IMG/VR virus record: IMGVR_UViG_3300020042_002391
Coordinates: 1 to 24,817 of that record
From: a virus
Lineage: Duplodnaviria; Caudoviricetes
Length of the DNA: 24,817 nucleotides
Direction: 5' to 3' (one strand)
Both the position numbers and the translations under genes were made by a program. The notes beneath the pieces were generated by a model. That model searched no databases. It was not told where the DNA came from and worked only from the letters and a program-made list of their open reading frames with translations. Shown piece after piece: positions 16,101 through 24,817 of the stretch; position 1 is the first letter of the stretch; every line of letters starts with the position of its first letter.

Positions 16101-19100
16101 TCAGAAGCTAAATTAGATCGCGAAGAAGAAAAACAAGAGGTTGCTGAGGCTAAGTCAGAAGAAGACAAACGCCTTGAGTCTGCTATTAATGGGGGCGAAG
16201 GCGTTAAAGGTGTGCTGCAAATTCTTGCAGACTATAGTTATTCTACAGACAAACCACATAGTGCTAGAAACGTAGGTGTGTTTGCAAAAAGTTTGTTAAA
16301 CCTTTTAAAGCAAACTGGTTTTCTTGATCAAGTTAAATTAACAATCTCATTTGGTAAAGTAGAAGGTACAAATGACGGTAAGTTTAATCCAGTTAACAGC
16401 CGTGCAACGTTGCAAGGCGTTAAAGGTGTATACACAGGTGAACGTGATTTAGGCGAGACTGTGTTGCATGAAATCATGCATTATTTTCTTGACCATGTGT
16501 TTGATAACCCAGACGCATACATTAAAAGTTTGCCCGTAGAAAAACAAGCAGAAGCTCAGGCTGCTATTAACCGCATTAGACAGAATTGGGCGCGAGCAAG
16601 AACATTTTTACCCAACAGTTTTCAGCCTAGTATTTCAACTCTTAAAGAGTTTGTTGCTGAAGTTATGTCTAATTCAAAACTTCAATCCGCACTCATAGCT
16701 CTTGATGCTAATACGGGTAGTGACAAGACGTACGCACCTAAAGATAATTTCTTTACACGGTTTGTTAAAAATATAACGGCTGCAATGGGTATTAAACCTA
16801 AAGATGTTGCAGTTAACTATAAAGAATTAATTGAAGATATTACTAGAGTTATATCGTTACCGAGCAAAGGTATTCGTGGTAACGAAGTATCGTACTCAGC
16901 ACAAAAAAATAAAAAAACTCAGCAAACAAAGAAAGCGTCAACCCCGTTACGTACTGGCAATATTGGTATTGGTGAGAAAAACCAAACTAGCAATGAAGAG
17001 TACATGTTGCCTGAAGAAGTTGTGGGGCGCGATAAAGGCTTTTGGAGAAAGTTGTTTACAACTGAAAAGGGTTGGCAAAATGTTGCTAGGCTTTTTCAAA
17101 ATGATCGTTACCCCATTAAGTCTTGGCAGGATACGTTAGAACTTGCTGACGCAATTGTAAACGACCTGTCTGCTAAGTTTAATAACATCTACACTCAGAT
17201 AACTTTGTCATCTGGTCGTGCTAAAGATTTGTATGAACGTCACGTAGCGGGTCCCGCACAAGCTTTAGACACAGCAATTAATAATTTTGCTAAAGCAACA
17301 GGTCTTGATATAAAAGCTGCTATTGCACAGCTTCATATGATTGTTGAGGCAATACATGAAAGAGAACGTCGTGTAGTTAAATTTATGTTGCTTGTGCCGT
17401 TAGATAGCACATCTAAAGTTGTTAACTCAAAAGGTAAATTAATTTCTCCTGCAGCTCGTAGGCAAGAAATAGTTGGCGAGCATGACAATAATAAAAAAGG
17501 CGAGTTAGATGACCCTAACTTGACGCCTGCACAGGCACGGCAGTTGCGTACTGAACTTGATTACCTTGTTAAAAACTACGCTAAAGAGACTGGGTATAGT
17601 CCTTCAGGTATTAAAGTTGCTCTGGATGGTAACAAACGTAAAAACACAGATATAAAGAACGAAGCTTATAACGTAGTAGGTATTGATCCTGACACCGCCG
17701 ATGCACGACGTGCTGAAATTGCTAGTAAGGATAATAAGTTTAAAGCAGAGATTGATGAAGTGTCTGCAGCACTTAAAGGTTTGCATGAAGCTACTAAGAC
17801 TCTTGATATGCAATCAAACTATTGGTCTAAGCCTGTTAGCAACCGTGTGGCGTTTTACGGGTTTGAAAACTACATTCCGTTAAAAGGCAGGAAAGGCGAG
17901 AAGGTTACAACTATTGATGAGATGTTAGATTTTACAAGCTCACGTATGGGCAGTGAAGTTGATAAGCCACAGAGCGCGTTCGGCGGTCGTATGAGTGTGG
18001 CTACAAACCCATTGCTACAGAGTATGTCTGATGCAACTCGCTCTGCTCTTCGTGCTGGGCGTAAAAATATTACACAGTCAATTATTAATGCTATTGACCA
18101 AGGACTGCTTAATGGTAGAGCTGAATATAAAAAAGAACCTATTCCTTTTGAACAACGCTACGCCATAGTTCCCGATGAAAATACAATCTTTCATTACGCT
18201 AAGAATGGTGAAATTACGCTTATTAAAATTAAGGATAAGGCTCTTTTAAATTCTATTCGTCGCACTTATAAAGCAGTCAACCCATTGGTTGAAATTGCAA
18301 ACACTATCACTAGTACGATTGGGCAGTTTCACACACGATACAACTATTCATTTGGTCCAATGAACTTTGTGCGAGATATTCTTACCAATGCTTTTGCAAT
18401 GGGTGTGGACCTTGGACCAACAAAGTCATTAGCTTTCATTGGTGATATTTCAGCAAAGGTAGCCAACGGCGGATTATTTAAAGCAATGCGGTTTATTGCC
18501 ATGTACAACCGTGGTGATTTTACAAGTATTGCAAACCTTGCTAAGCAAGACCCGTTCGTACAAGACATGCTTGACTTCTACACAGAGGGCGGCATGGTAA
18601 CGTACATTGATGGTATTGCTATAAAGTCTAATTTTGAAGCCCTGCAAAAAGAACTTGGGCGTAGTGGCATTATGAAGACTAAAGAGCAGGTGGATAAGTT
18701 TGTTGATATTTGGACAAACATGTTTGAGCTTGCAAGCCGTGCCGCAGCTTATGGTGTAGCTAAAAGTAGTTTTATGGCAGACGGTATGTTAGAGCAACCG
18801 GCAAGAACTAAAGCCGCTGCTTACGCTAAGAACCTTGCTAACTTTGAACAAGTTGGTGAGATTGGTAAGACAATGGGTGCGTTCTATATGTTCTTTAGAC
18901 CCGCTGCAACGGGTGCTGTCCGTGCAATTGAGGCAGTAGCGCCAGCCTTCCGGTCACTAGACTCTGCGTTAAAGAGTTTGCCTCAAGCTATTCAGATAGG
19001 TGCAACACCAGAAGCCAAAGTGCAACGTGATAATTTTATTAAAAACTACAAGCAGAAACAACAAAACGCTCGGATTATGACAGGTGCATTGTTTGGTTTA

Positions 19101-20111
19101 GGTATGACAGCCTACGCTATGTCTATGGCTATGTCACCTGACGATGAGTTGGGACGCAACAAAGTTAAGTCAGACAACATGCAGCAGTGGTCGCGCTATG
19201 CACGGTTCCATTTACCTAATGAGTTAGGGCTGGGTAAAGATGTTGTGTTCCAAATTCCTTGGGGCTTCGGGCTTGGCGCGTTTGCTGCTGCTGGAGCGCA
19301 GATGGCGGCTGTGGCGTTTGGTAAGAGTACTATGGCTAATGCAGCAGCTAACATTGCATTGCAAATTTCACTTGACTCGTTTGTGCCAATTCCTGTGTCA
19401 AAGATGAACCCGCTAGAAGACCCACTTAACTTTGCGTTAGATTCAATTGCACCAAGCACTGTAAGGCCCATTTTAGAGTTTGCGTTAAATAAGAATGGTC
19501 TAGGACAGAGTATTTACAACGACTCTAACCGTCGTATTGGTGATGCGTATGTGGGTGGGGACAACATTCCTCAAGCTTACAAAGACGTAGCACGTACGTT
19601 TGCACAAATTACTAATGGTTATATAGATTGGAGTCCAAACAGTATGTATTTCTTAGCTAATAGCTACGCTGATGGTGTATCACGCATTCTTGAAACAGCT
19701 TACGGTTTTACTGATCTTGCTAGTGGCAGAAAAGAATTTAATATTAAAGCTGATCTACCATTAGCTGGTTCGTTCTTTGGTACTCGCTCAAACGTAGACT
19801 CAAGAGAGTTTTCTGCTGTTGAAAAACAAATCTTAGCTAAAGAACAGCGGTTAAATATGTTCAAAGGTGATCCGGAAGCAACGATGCGATATCATTCAGA
19901 GTACCCAATGGATGAGATGATAGTTAAAAAATTCAATACTATGGTCAATGGTGAACTCAAACGTCTGCGTACCGATGCAAAGAATTTCCGTTTGATGGAA
20001 GGTTTATCGCCTAAAGAACGTGATTCAATTGTTAAGATGATTACCCTTCAGCAAAACCTGATCAAGAACAACATCATTGAGACGTTTAAAGCATACGACA
20101 TTGAACCCTAA
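13104..20111 (+). CDS. Large polyvalent-type virion/ejection protein with zincin-like metallopeptidase and LPD38-like C-terminus
   Basis: 2335 aa with a Gly/Ala-rich N-terminal region, low-complexity linkers and a charged coiled coil. VLHEIMH (HEIMH 16467-16481) is followed by EFVAE (16647-16661). The C-terminal region has NFVRD, F..F..AA..G, QIPWGFGLG, DSFVP and E..LNKN..G..IY motifs, resembling the LPD38 region. It is the last and largest gene of the late operon. Confidence 0.75.
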   Translation: MANFWDNDPEVTGGKNTSNFWANDSVVAEEKPKKGQQRAAADAPDFSRGMGNIPGGIQNIYGAAKTVAGVGAKKLGFEDTGTSLIKSGLESMEAGESKQLVKESDEFTNAWEKGIGTVITDWLPYQMGAGVGNLIETLGAMGIGAVAGAGVGSLPTAVAAGLGKTLLKTTVKETAEKILKDQGEEEAQKYVAREAKKALISMGATAGLGGQAALHGVGEVGGRAIEEAQERGGSAEDINLDKVLPMAGVHAVADFISNKILLNATKPIKPADKKVLDSLTLEIGKRVFITGAKESVPETVQSVAERFGAELSLSDAGAIKEYINTIAASFGMSVIPGGIGAVRSKLAASVPEDKTKTQEDALIKAGEQPVGETTTEAGTETELPPFSPVLVNGIVFNSQADLDAYNQNPAAPVGATSTSEETLAAEIATMEAKYSSREEDIKNKKGGNKAVKNRINSNAILKKEIDAKKAELAAATATVTTPAPSADVDGTNLTPGANGQVTPPAAPVPPVVETPAETPAREYTAPEQAAVDLVKAVDAGGVPTDTRKINKIARDLGLEVSTKARPEDTLNRIKDAVGRIDTTQVETSAAPVATEVVKETPPQQQAPLPTAREATPEEQKAIDHIDGIDNLGKSFSPAQAKKVAQAVGIQIPKGTKEKPVTLQDINQIIRNYVGNLEGVLAGRIRQIAPNVFEGTFTTNTKKVKDRVSSKLPTEEPEGNRVATPETEKETPPLAGAKLDEAIKAANAANKTRTVTTEGNVTTVTSKLKKAISFIVAAPLKFVKGYKPTKTPSAENFLNQTSYYGEGAPSDINQAITMAAHDMAADAIDSLDDKKGLTPALRAIAGKGVPINRPDQLMSMDKLVELYKKFVNKRNGFANVGGDGRTKAAANRQAFIESLAPEQRAKYDAVYEKAFVQAIKDDIYVRDTTESDKRKGIVAATKEAQLARRRAKYKERLIADMQEQVEEAKETDQERDEKTTKAFEEAEQAALEAREKPLLDSEAKLDREEEKQEVAEAKSEEDKRLESAINGGEGVKGVLQILADYSYSTDKPHSARNVGVFAKSLLNLLKQTGFLDQVKLTISFGKVEGTNDGKFNPVNSRATLQGVKGVYTGERDLGETVLHEIMHYFLDHVFDNPDAYIKSLPVEKQAEAQAAINRIRQNWARARTFLPNSFQPSISTLKEFVAEVMSNSKLQSALIALDANTGSDKTYAPKDNFFTRFVKNITAAMGIKPKDVAVNYKELIEDITRVISLPSKGIRGNEVSYSAQKNKKTQQTKKASTPLRTGNIGIGEKNQTSNEEYMLPEEVVGRDKGFWRKLFTTEKGWQNVARLFQNDRYPIKSWQDTLELADAIVNDLSAKFNNIYTQITLSSGRAKDLYERHVAGPAQALDTAINNFAKATGLDIKAAIAQLHMIVEAIHERERRVVKFMLLVPLDSTSKVVNSKGKLISPAARRQEIVGEHDNNKKGELDDPNLTPAQARQLRTELDYLVKNYAKETGYSPSGIKVALDGNKRKNTDIKNEAYNVVGIDPDTADARRAEIASKDNKFKAEIDEVSAALKGLHEATKTLDMQSNYWSKPVSNRVAFYGFENYIPLKGRKGEKVTTIDEMLDFTSSRMGSEVDKPQSAFGGRMSVATNPLLQSMSDATRSALRAGRKNITQSIINAIDQGLLNGRAEYKKEPIPFEQRYAIVPDENTIFHYAKNGEITLIKIKDKALLNSIRRTYKAVNPLVEIANTITSTIGQFHTRYNYSFGPMNFVRDILTNAFAMGVDLGPTKSLAFIGDISAKVANGGLFKAMRFIAMYNRGDFTSIANLAKQDPFVQDMLDFYTEGGMVTYIDGIAIKSNFEALQKELGRSGIMKTKEQVDKFVDIWTNMFELASRAAAYGVAKSSFMADGMLEQPARTKAAAYAKNLANFEQVGEIGKTMGAFYMFFRPAATGAVRAIEAVAPAFRSLDSALKSLPQAIQIGATPEAKVQRDNFIKNYKQKQQNARIMTGALFGLGMTAYAMSMAMSPDDELGRNKVKSDNMQQWSRYARFHLPNELGLGKDVVFQIPWGFGLGAFAAAGAQMAAVAFGKSTMANAAANIALQISLDSFVPIPVSKMNPLEDPLNFALDSIAPSTVRPILEFALNKNGLGQSIYNDSNRRIGDAYVGGDNIPQAYKDVARTFAQITNGYIDWSPNSMYFLANSYADGVSRILETAYGFTDLASGRKEFNIKADLPLAGSFFGTRSNVDSREFSAVEKQILAKEQRLNMFKGDPEATMRYHSEYPMDEMIVKKFNTMVNGELKRLRTDAKNFRLMEGLSPKERDSIVKMITLQQNLIKNNIIETFKAYDIEP

Positions 20112-20314
20112 GATATGCGCCAAGACCTGACACCAAGGTGACCATCTTTACTTGCAACAAAAGATTTCATCTTGATGCCAGCCTTCTTAGAGCCAGTATC
20201 TATGACATAGATTAATTCAGCAGGGCGTAAGGTGGGGATAAAAAAACTATCCCCAACCTTCATATGCTCCATAGGGAACAACCACTCTGGTTCAAGAATC
20301 TTATCGGGCGTCAT
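20108..20314 (-). CDS. Small conserved phage protein (FPxxxMxVGDSFF...GVRxWR), possibly DNA-binding
   Basis: 68 aa. ATGA-coupled to the primase stop (20311-20314); its TAG overlaps the TAA of the convergent large gene. Confidence 0.75.
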   Translation of the reverse strand: MTPDKILEPEWLFPMEHMKVGDSFFIPTLRPAELIYVIDTGSKKAGIKMKSFVASKDGHLGVRSWRIS

Positions 20315-23181
20315 TCGTCTTTACTGTATAGACCGTCAATCTCTTCAGGATTAAAGTGATAGCACCACACGTTACCGCCACCGCCACTACCCTTCCAGCC
20401 TTTGTTAAGCCTACTACGCACAGAACCGATTAAGCGTGGCTTATTAGTATCCCCACCAATGTAAACCTGCTTCATCTCACGTTCAAAGTTTGATGAGCTT
20501 ACTTGCAACTCAGCGAGGTACTTCTTAAAGTGAGTGACAGATACTTGCAAGATGCCTTCCTCAATATCAAAACGTGCTGCTAGTTCATTACGTGGTGCGC
20601 TCTTAACTGTGTTTCCCTCTAACACAAGGATGTTTGGGATGTTGAGGTTAATGTATTCATTTAAGATTGATGGGTAGTCAGTCGTGTGCTTGGGTGCTAC
20701 GTTGTCACGGATGTTAATCATCTCATGCAGCACTTTGTTGTACACACGGTTAAGGTCAACATCAATGATGCCAGCCTCTTTAGCTATCTGACCACCAGCA
20801 AAAGTTACACTAACTAAGTTTTGGTAAAACCGTTGTTCAGGTTGATCACCAAAGTCTACGATAAATCTCTCCAACCATTTATTTACATACTCGTAAACTT
20901 TGCCATCACCGATCTCGTACAACTTTTGAACATACATTGTGCCAGCATGACCGTAGTTGTATTTCAACGAATCAAATATTTCTCTTCCAAGGTTGCCCGC
21001 CCCTGTTAAACAAGCTATCTTCTTTACTTCAAACTCAACTAAACGCGCTGCTTCACCAACAGGAGTTTTCTTCCATGCTACCAACTTGGCGTACATTGGG
21101 TGGTTAGCAGTCATAAAGTTAATCAAAGATGCTGATAATTCAAACTCACGTTCAGCGTTAACAGACCCTTGCATCTTGATCTTGGCTTTACCGTTTGATA
21201 CTTTATGTACCAGTAATGCGATTGACTCAGCTTTCTTATCACCTACCTCATCAACGCCGAGCATAATATTGTGAAGCGTAAGATACCTACCTGTCATACC
21301 GTTATCGGTTGCGTCGAACACACTTAGGTCTAGCGGGTTGCCAAATATACTAAGCCCTGCATACATTGCGCCAGTCTTTGCTGAACCTGACGGACCTGTG
21401 AAGCATACTGATATACCTGCTGTAGATGTATATTCCATGAGGGGTGAACCGAACCCGCACAGCAACCCGAAGATTTGCATATCAAGCTGCCCATCGGGTC
21501 GTTCTAATTGATCCATACACCAACGCCACTTAGTATATGTACCTGCGGGGACTAGATGTTTTGATACGCCACGTATTAAAGGTGACATAGCGGAGTCTAC
21601 TAACTTACCATCTTCGTTTATTTCTTTGTCGCCTAATACAAATGCCCGCTTTAACGGAGTTATATCGTCACGATTAGGTTTCTCTGTCCAACCAAGTTGG
21701 GTGCGTATCTGGTCTGCCTTGTATACATTTATCATATATTGATACCATTTGTTAATATAGTTGTGGAGCCTTTGTGATTCTTTGGGTTCACAAGGGACGC
21801 CTTGAAATACCACCATTTTTCTTAAATCTTCAGACGATTGTGCGACTGGGACTAAGAACTCTCTTGCAGGATCGTTTGGCAACTCTAGACGCATTAACAA
21901 ACACTCACCGTCTATCTTGCCATACACCCTACGAATAGGCCAAAAATCGTGTGCTAAAAACAGCACAGGATCAGGTTGCGTTTTCTTCTTTGTTTCTTTG
22001 TCGTATGTTGGAGATGGTATGTAATAGATGCCACCATTCTCGCCGCGCACAAACGGTCTTAAAAATCCCGGAAGTTCTTGAAGCTTTTTGGTATCCGGTT
22101 TCTCCCAAACTGTGTCCTCCTTATGCGTGGCTGCTGCAGGGGTAAACTCTCTTCCAAGCTCAATTGGTCCTGTGATTCGCCCTCTATGACTACATCCTTC
22201 ACAGAGACTTGGCTCATCTCGCGCAAACCCTTCGCATGTTCGGATAGAATCAAAAGACTTGGCTTTTGTAATTGTTTTTTCTGGTGTGTAGTCACGGTGT
22301 CCCTCTGATATTAATTGAATTGCTTCTTCGCCATCTTCGCAACGTATGGCAACTGCCAGCGCCCCTGTCCATGATGTGTATGGTGGGTTCTGTGGGTTGT
22401 TTGCTACTTCCGCAATTTGCCTGCAGCCATCGCCTTCAAGACTTTTGATAACAATGGTTCTAAAGTTGTATTTAAAGTTATCAAGCTTCTTAAACGCTTT
22501 GGTATCTTCGTCTAAACCTTTTGGTATTGATGCAAGAATATCCTTGACTGACACAACCTCTTCACTACTACCAAGAAACTCTTTGAAGAAAGAGAAAGGG
22601 TACGTGGTTAATTCTGTACTGATCAACCCAGTAGGTGATGGTGGGTCTGTCTTATAGTTGAGCGAGTCTGCATAGCGCATAATCCGCGCCATGTCTGCCA
22701 TCACCGCAGGGTCACAAAAAACCTTGGGAATGCAATACTCTTTAAATAACTGAGCGATTGGTAAGTACTCTTCTGCTGGTACATCCTCATCTAACAGCCA
22801 GTACGCATGAACCCCACGCCCTGAGCTAACGCGCACAGGCTCAGGTAACCCACTCTCCGCGATGAACGCATCAAGTGCAACAAGCGCAGCGTCAGCATCA
22901 ACGTAGCCTTTGTTCTCTGCTGCCTTATCTATGCCTACATCTAAATCAATAAACAATGAACGACAAAACACAGCGTCTTTTGCCTTCCTACTAAACTCGT
23001 CAAACGTGCTTACTGCTATAAATATGTTTTGTTTTCGTTTCTTAAAGTCTCCAATTAAGTCAAATATTTCATCAAACGTCTCTGTAAACTTATTCCTTGT
23101 TGCCCCTGATGCCGGATCAATGCCGGTAACACAGTAGACGCCTTGTGTTGGCAACACCTTCTCATAAAATTGTTTTATCAT
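20311..23181 (-). CDS. Primase-helicase: AEP-type primase, Cys-containing linker domain and DUF927-type P-loop helicase
   Basis: AEP motifs FIDLD and VSSGRGVHAYW, then D.ARIMR; Cys cluster GCRQI...RTCEGF...LCEGC; Walker A GPSGSAKT (21373-21396) and Walker B LGVDE. The start is most likely the ATG at 23181 (MIKQFYEK), because the GTG at 23217 lies inside a hairpin. Confidence 0.85.
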   Translation of the reverse strand: MIKQFYEKVLPTQGVYCVTGIDPASGATRNKFTETFDEIFDLIGDFKKRKQNIFIAVSTFDEFSRKAKDAVFCRSLFIDLDVGIDKAAENKGYVDADAALVALDAFIAESGLPEPVRVSSGRGVHAYWLLDEDVPAEEYLPIAQLFKEYCIPKVFCDPAVMADMARIMRYADSLNYKTDPPSPTGLISTELTTYPFSFFKEFLGSSEEVVSVKDILASIPKGLDEDTKAFKKLDNFKYNFRTIVIKSLEGDGCRQIAEVANNPQNPPYTSWTGALAVAIRCEDGEEAIQLISEGHRDYTPEKTITKAKSFDSIRTCEGFARDEPSLCEGCSHRGRITGPIELGREFTPAAATHKEDTVWEKPDTKKLQELPGFLRPFVRGENGGIYYIPSPTYDKETKKKTQPDPVLFLAHDFWPIRRVYGKIDGECLLMRLELPNDPAREFLVPVAQSSEDLRKMVVFQGVPCEPKESQRLHNYINKWYQYMINVYKADQIRTQLGWTEKPNRDDITPLKRAFVLGDKEINEDGKLVDSAMSPLIRGVSKHLVPAGTYTKWRWCMDQLERPDGQLDMQIFGLLCGFGSPLMEYTSTAGISVCFTGPSGSAKTGAMYAGLSIFGNPLDLSVFDATDNGMTGRYLTLHNIMLGVDEVGDKKAESIALLVHKVSNGKAKIKMQGSVNAEREFELSASLINFMTANHPMYAKLVAWKKTPVGEAARLVEFEVKKIACLTGAGNLGREIFDSLKYNYGHAGTMYVQKLYEIGDGKVYEYVNKWLERFIVDFGDQPEQRFYQNLVSVTFAGGQIAKEAGIIDVDLNRVYNKVLHEMINIRDNVAPKHTTDYPSILNEYINLNIPNILVLEGNTVKSAPRNELAARFDIEEGILQVSVTHFKKYLAELQVSSSNFEREMKQVYIGGDTNKPRLIGSVRSRLNKGWKGSGGGGNVWCYHFNPEEIDGLYSKDE

Positions 23182-23197
23182 TTCTTGAGTAGAGTCT

Positions 23198-23222
23198 AAA
23201 AAAGCGTGATCGCTCACGCTTT
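23198..23222 (-). terminator. Intrinsic terminator-like hairpin, - strand
   Basis: The - strand reads AAAGCGTGA-GCGA-TCACGC-TTTTTT: a perfect stem, a GNRA tetraloop and a 6-U tail. Confidence 0.75.
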
Positions 23223-23233
23223 GGTGTGGAGGT

Positions 23234-23259
23234 TAGGGGGCATGACACCCCCTATTTTT
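23234..23259 (+). terminator. Intrinsic terminator-like hairpin, + strand
   Basis: The + strand reads TAGGGGG-CATGACA-CCCCCTA-TTTTT: a 7-bp stem followed by a T-tract. Confidence 0.55.
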
Positions 23260-23572
23260 ATTGCAGTTTTTGACCGATCATATCCTCAATGTATTTTTTA
23301 GCCGCTAGAGTATTACGTGCAGGCAAGACACCATCCTTCATGTCTTTCTCTACAAGGTCAATAAATACTTCAACAATATTTTCGTTCTTCTCACGGATAG
23401 GTTTGCCACGGAACCAGCTATACAATGACATGCGAGAAACATTTAGCGCAACCGCTACGTACTTGGCTGGTAAGTTTGCTTTGACGCAGGATTTTGCAAG
23501 CGTAACCCCAATCCTTCTAGGATTACCTTTGTGCATTGCAATTAAAAACTTTTCGCTGTATGTCCGTGGCAT
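23258..23572 (-). CDS. Helix-turn-helix (XRE/Cro-like) DNA-binding protein
   Basis: HTH pattern LPAKYVAVALNVSRMSLYSWFRG in a basic 104-aa protein; AAGGAG SD upstream. Confidence 0.75.
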   Translation of the reverse strand: MPRTYSEKFLIAMHKGNPRRIGVTLAKSCVKANLPAKYVAVALNVSRMSLYSWFRGKPIREKNENIVEVFIDLVEKDMKDGVLPARNTLAAKKYIEDMIGQKLQ

Positions 23573-23581
23573 CCCTGCTCC

Positions 23582-24439
23582 TTATTTCTTAGACCATTTC
23601 TTCATTACATCAACAACGTTCTTCTCGGCATCCCCGCTTGCGGCTGGCTTTGATTCACGTTTGACAGGCTCATCTTCTTTTACAACTGTTTCAAACCCAC
23701 CATCATCGCTAGTGCTAGTGTCAGCTTGAAAGACGCTCATCTTAATAGCTGCTTCTGCTGCTGCACTCTTAGCCTGTTGCACAATGATAGGCAATACATC
23801 ATCAGGCGTTGCGCTATCAGGAGAGAACAAAACTTTCGGTGTAGGTGACTTTGTATCAAACGCCATACGAGTGATAACACGCCCAGCACTGACGCTGTTA
23901 GCTGCCAAGTGTTGAATGTATGGGCGGAAAGGGCGGCGATCATTATCTTCTTTACCGAACGCTGAAGTGGCAGGTAACACCAACTGCATCACATCCCCTG
24001 CAGGATCATTAGGCAACACCACAGCAGTGCGCCATGACAATCGGCACTTAGTACCCATACCGCTATCGCCTGAACCTTTAACGCTGTACTGACACTCGTT
24101 ACAAAACTTAGCTGGCGGAGTGCGTACATCTGCATCAGGGGTCTCAGAGTCGCTTGACCAACAAGCAGGGCTAACCTTCTCGCCTTCCTTGTAGCCTTGC
24201 ATGTACAACTGACGCGATGCCTTGTGTGCCATCTTAACGAAGATAACATTCATAAAGCGGTCTTCAATCGTACCAACTTCTTTACCGCCTGCATACTTAC
24301 GAAACACGCCACCCTTGATAGAGATGCGTTTAACACCACCACGCCCCGCGCCACCTGCAACGGCAAGGGTATCTTCATCAAGCCCGTCTACGGTGAGTGA
24401 TGTATTTTGGGACAACAATGTGATTAGATCGTTACTCAT
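23582..24439 (-). CDS. Putative single-stranded DNA-binding / annealing protein
   Basis: 285 aa with RISIKGGVFR, PACWS...CNEC...C (possible metal ligands) and a low-complexity acidic linker near the C-terminus. Located in the replication module with an AAGGA SD. The function is inferred from context. Confidence 0.5.
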   Translation of the reverse strand: MSNDLITLLSQNTSLTVDGLDEDTLAVAGGAGRGGVKRISIKGGVFRKYAGGKEVGTIEDRFMNVIFVKMAHKASRQLYMQGYKEGEKVSPACWSSDSETPDADVRTPPAKFCNECQYSVKGSGDSGMGTKCRLSWRTAVVLPNDPAGDVMQLVLPATSAFGKEDNDRRPFRPYIQHLAANSVSAGRVITRMAFDTKSPTPKVLFSPDSATPDDVLPIIVQQAKSAAAEAAIKMSVFQADTSTSDDGGFETVVKEDEPVKRESKPAASGDAEKNVVDVMKKWSKK

Positions 24440-24459
24440 TTGATTTTCCTTTGACTGAA

Positions 24460-24816
24460 TTATCGTGCTACTGGTTTACGTACTGTGATGCCAAACTCGC
24501 GCATCACATTTACGCCGGGGGGTAGACCATCATCTTTATGCTCCGACATAAATTCTTTGAAGTTGCCTTGGTGTATACGACGTTCAAATAAATCAATCGC
24601 CTGATGCTCCAAAATAAACTTCTTAAAGTTGTCCCAATCGTTACAGTAAAAACGCTCGTTCATCTTGCGAATCACTGTCCCATTTTGGGTTTTAATACTG
24701 TCTGCATTAGTATCGTTACAGACTGAAAGCATCGACTGCTCTAGGACTAACAGCTCTTCCTTTAACACCTTGTCTTTGGTTTCATACTCATTAAGTATCT
24801 TTTCACGTTCTGTTCT
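24460..24816 (-). CDS. Conserved phage coiled-coil protein, N-terminus truncated by the window edge
   Basis: The frame is open to the window edge (RTEREKILNEYETKDKVLKEELL...). Motifs SIKTQNGTV, DWDNF..FI and LPPGVNV...ITVRKP are common in phage replication/recombination modules. Confidence 0.7.
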   Translation of the reverse strand, partial: RTEREKILNEYETKDKVLKEELLVLEQSMLSVCNDTNADSIKTQNGTVIRKMNERFYCNDWDNFKKFILEHQAIDLFERRIHQGNFKEFMSEHKDDGLPPGVNVMREFGITVRKPVAR

Positions 24817-24817
24817 A

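Noticed and set aside
23182-23217. GTG start at 23217 for the primase (ORF-track call)
   Set aside because: It falls inside the terminator-like hairpin. The in-frame ATG at 23181 is the more plausible start.
20821-24443. Multiple short + strand ORFs opposite the replication genes, and short alternative-frame ORFs across the window
   Set aside because: They are shadow ORFs overlapping well-supported genes, with no motifs or coupling signals.
1-24817. Alternative genetic code, CRISPR array, tRNA, integrase or IS element
   Set aside because: Genes tile the window under the standard code with TAA, TGA and TAG all used as stops. There is no intergenic room for, or sequence pattern of, arrays or RNA genes, and no recombinase or transposase motif was seen.

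Overview
This window is a gene-dense fragment of a tailed dsDNA phage (or prophage) with podovirus-like late-gene content. Both edges cut through an open reading frame. The + strand (1-20111) carries, in order: a modular tail fibre, two small fibre-associated genes, a GC-richer membrane/lysis cassette (a 30-aa TM peptide, a 97-aa membrane protein, two holin-like genes, a GH108 endolysin and a secreted Cys-rich protein), a tail hub/nozzle-like protein, a cupin, a 933-aa modular virion protein, a GNAT-like gene and three putative ejection proteins. The last of these is a 2335-aa polyvalent-type protein with an HExxH zincin motif. The - strand (20108-24817) is a convergent replication module: a small protein, an AEP-primase/DUF927-type helicase fusion, an HTH protein, an SSB-like protein and a truncated coiled-coil protein. 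The most intriguing signal is a recurrent [YM]-A-x-G-G-x-I motif that delimits unrelated domains in the 933-aa protein and recurs in two neighbouring ejection proteins, suggesting a motif-delimited cargo processing or shuffling system. Also notable are two unannotated translationally coupled small ORFs and a back-to-back pair of terminator-like hairpins directly upstream of the primase. All family assignments come from motif recognition by eye; no searches were run. No rRNA, tRNA, CRISPR array, integrase or transposase was seen.
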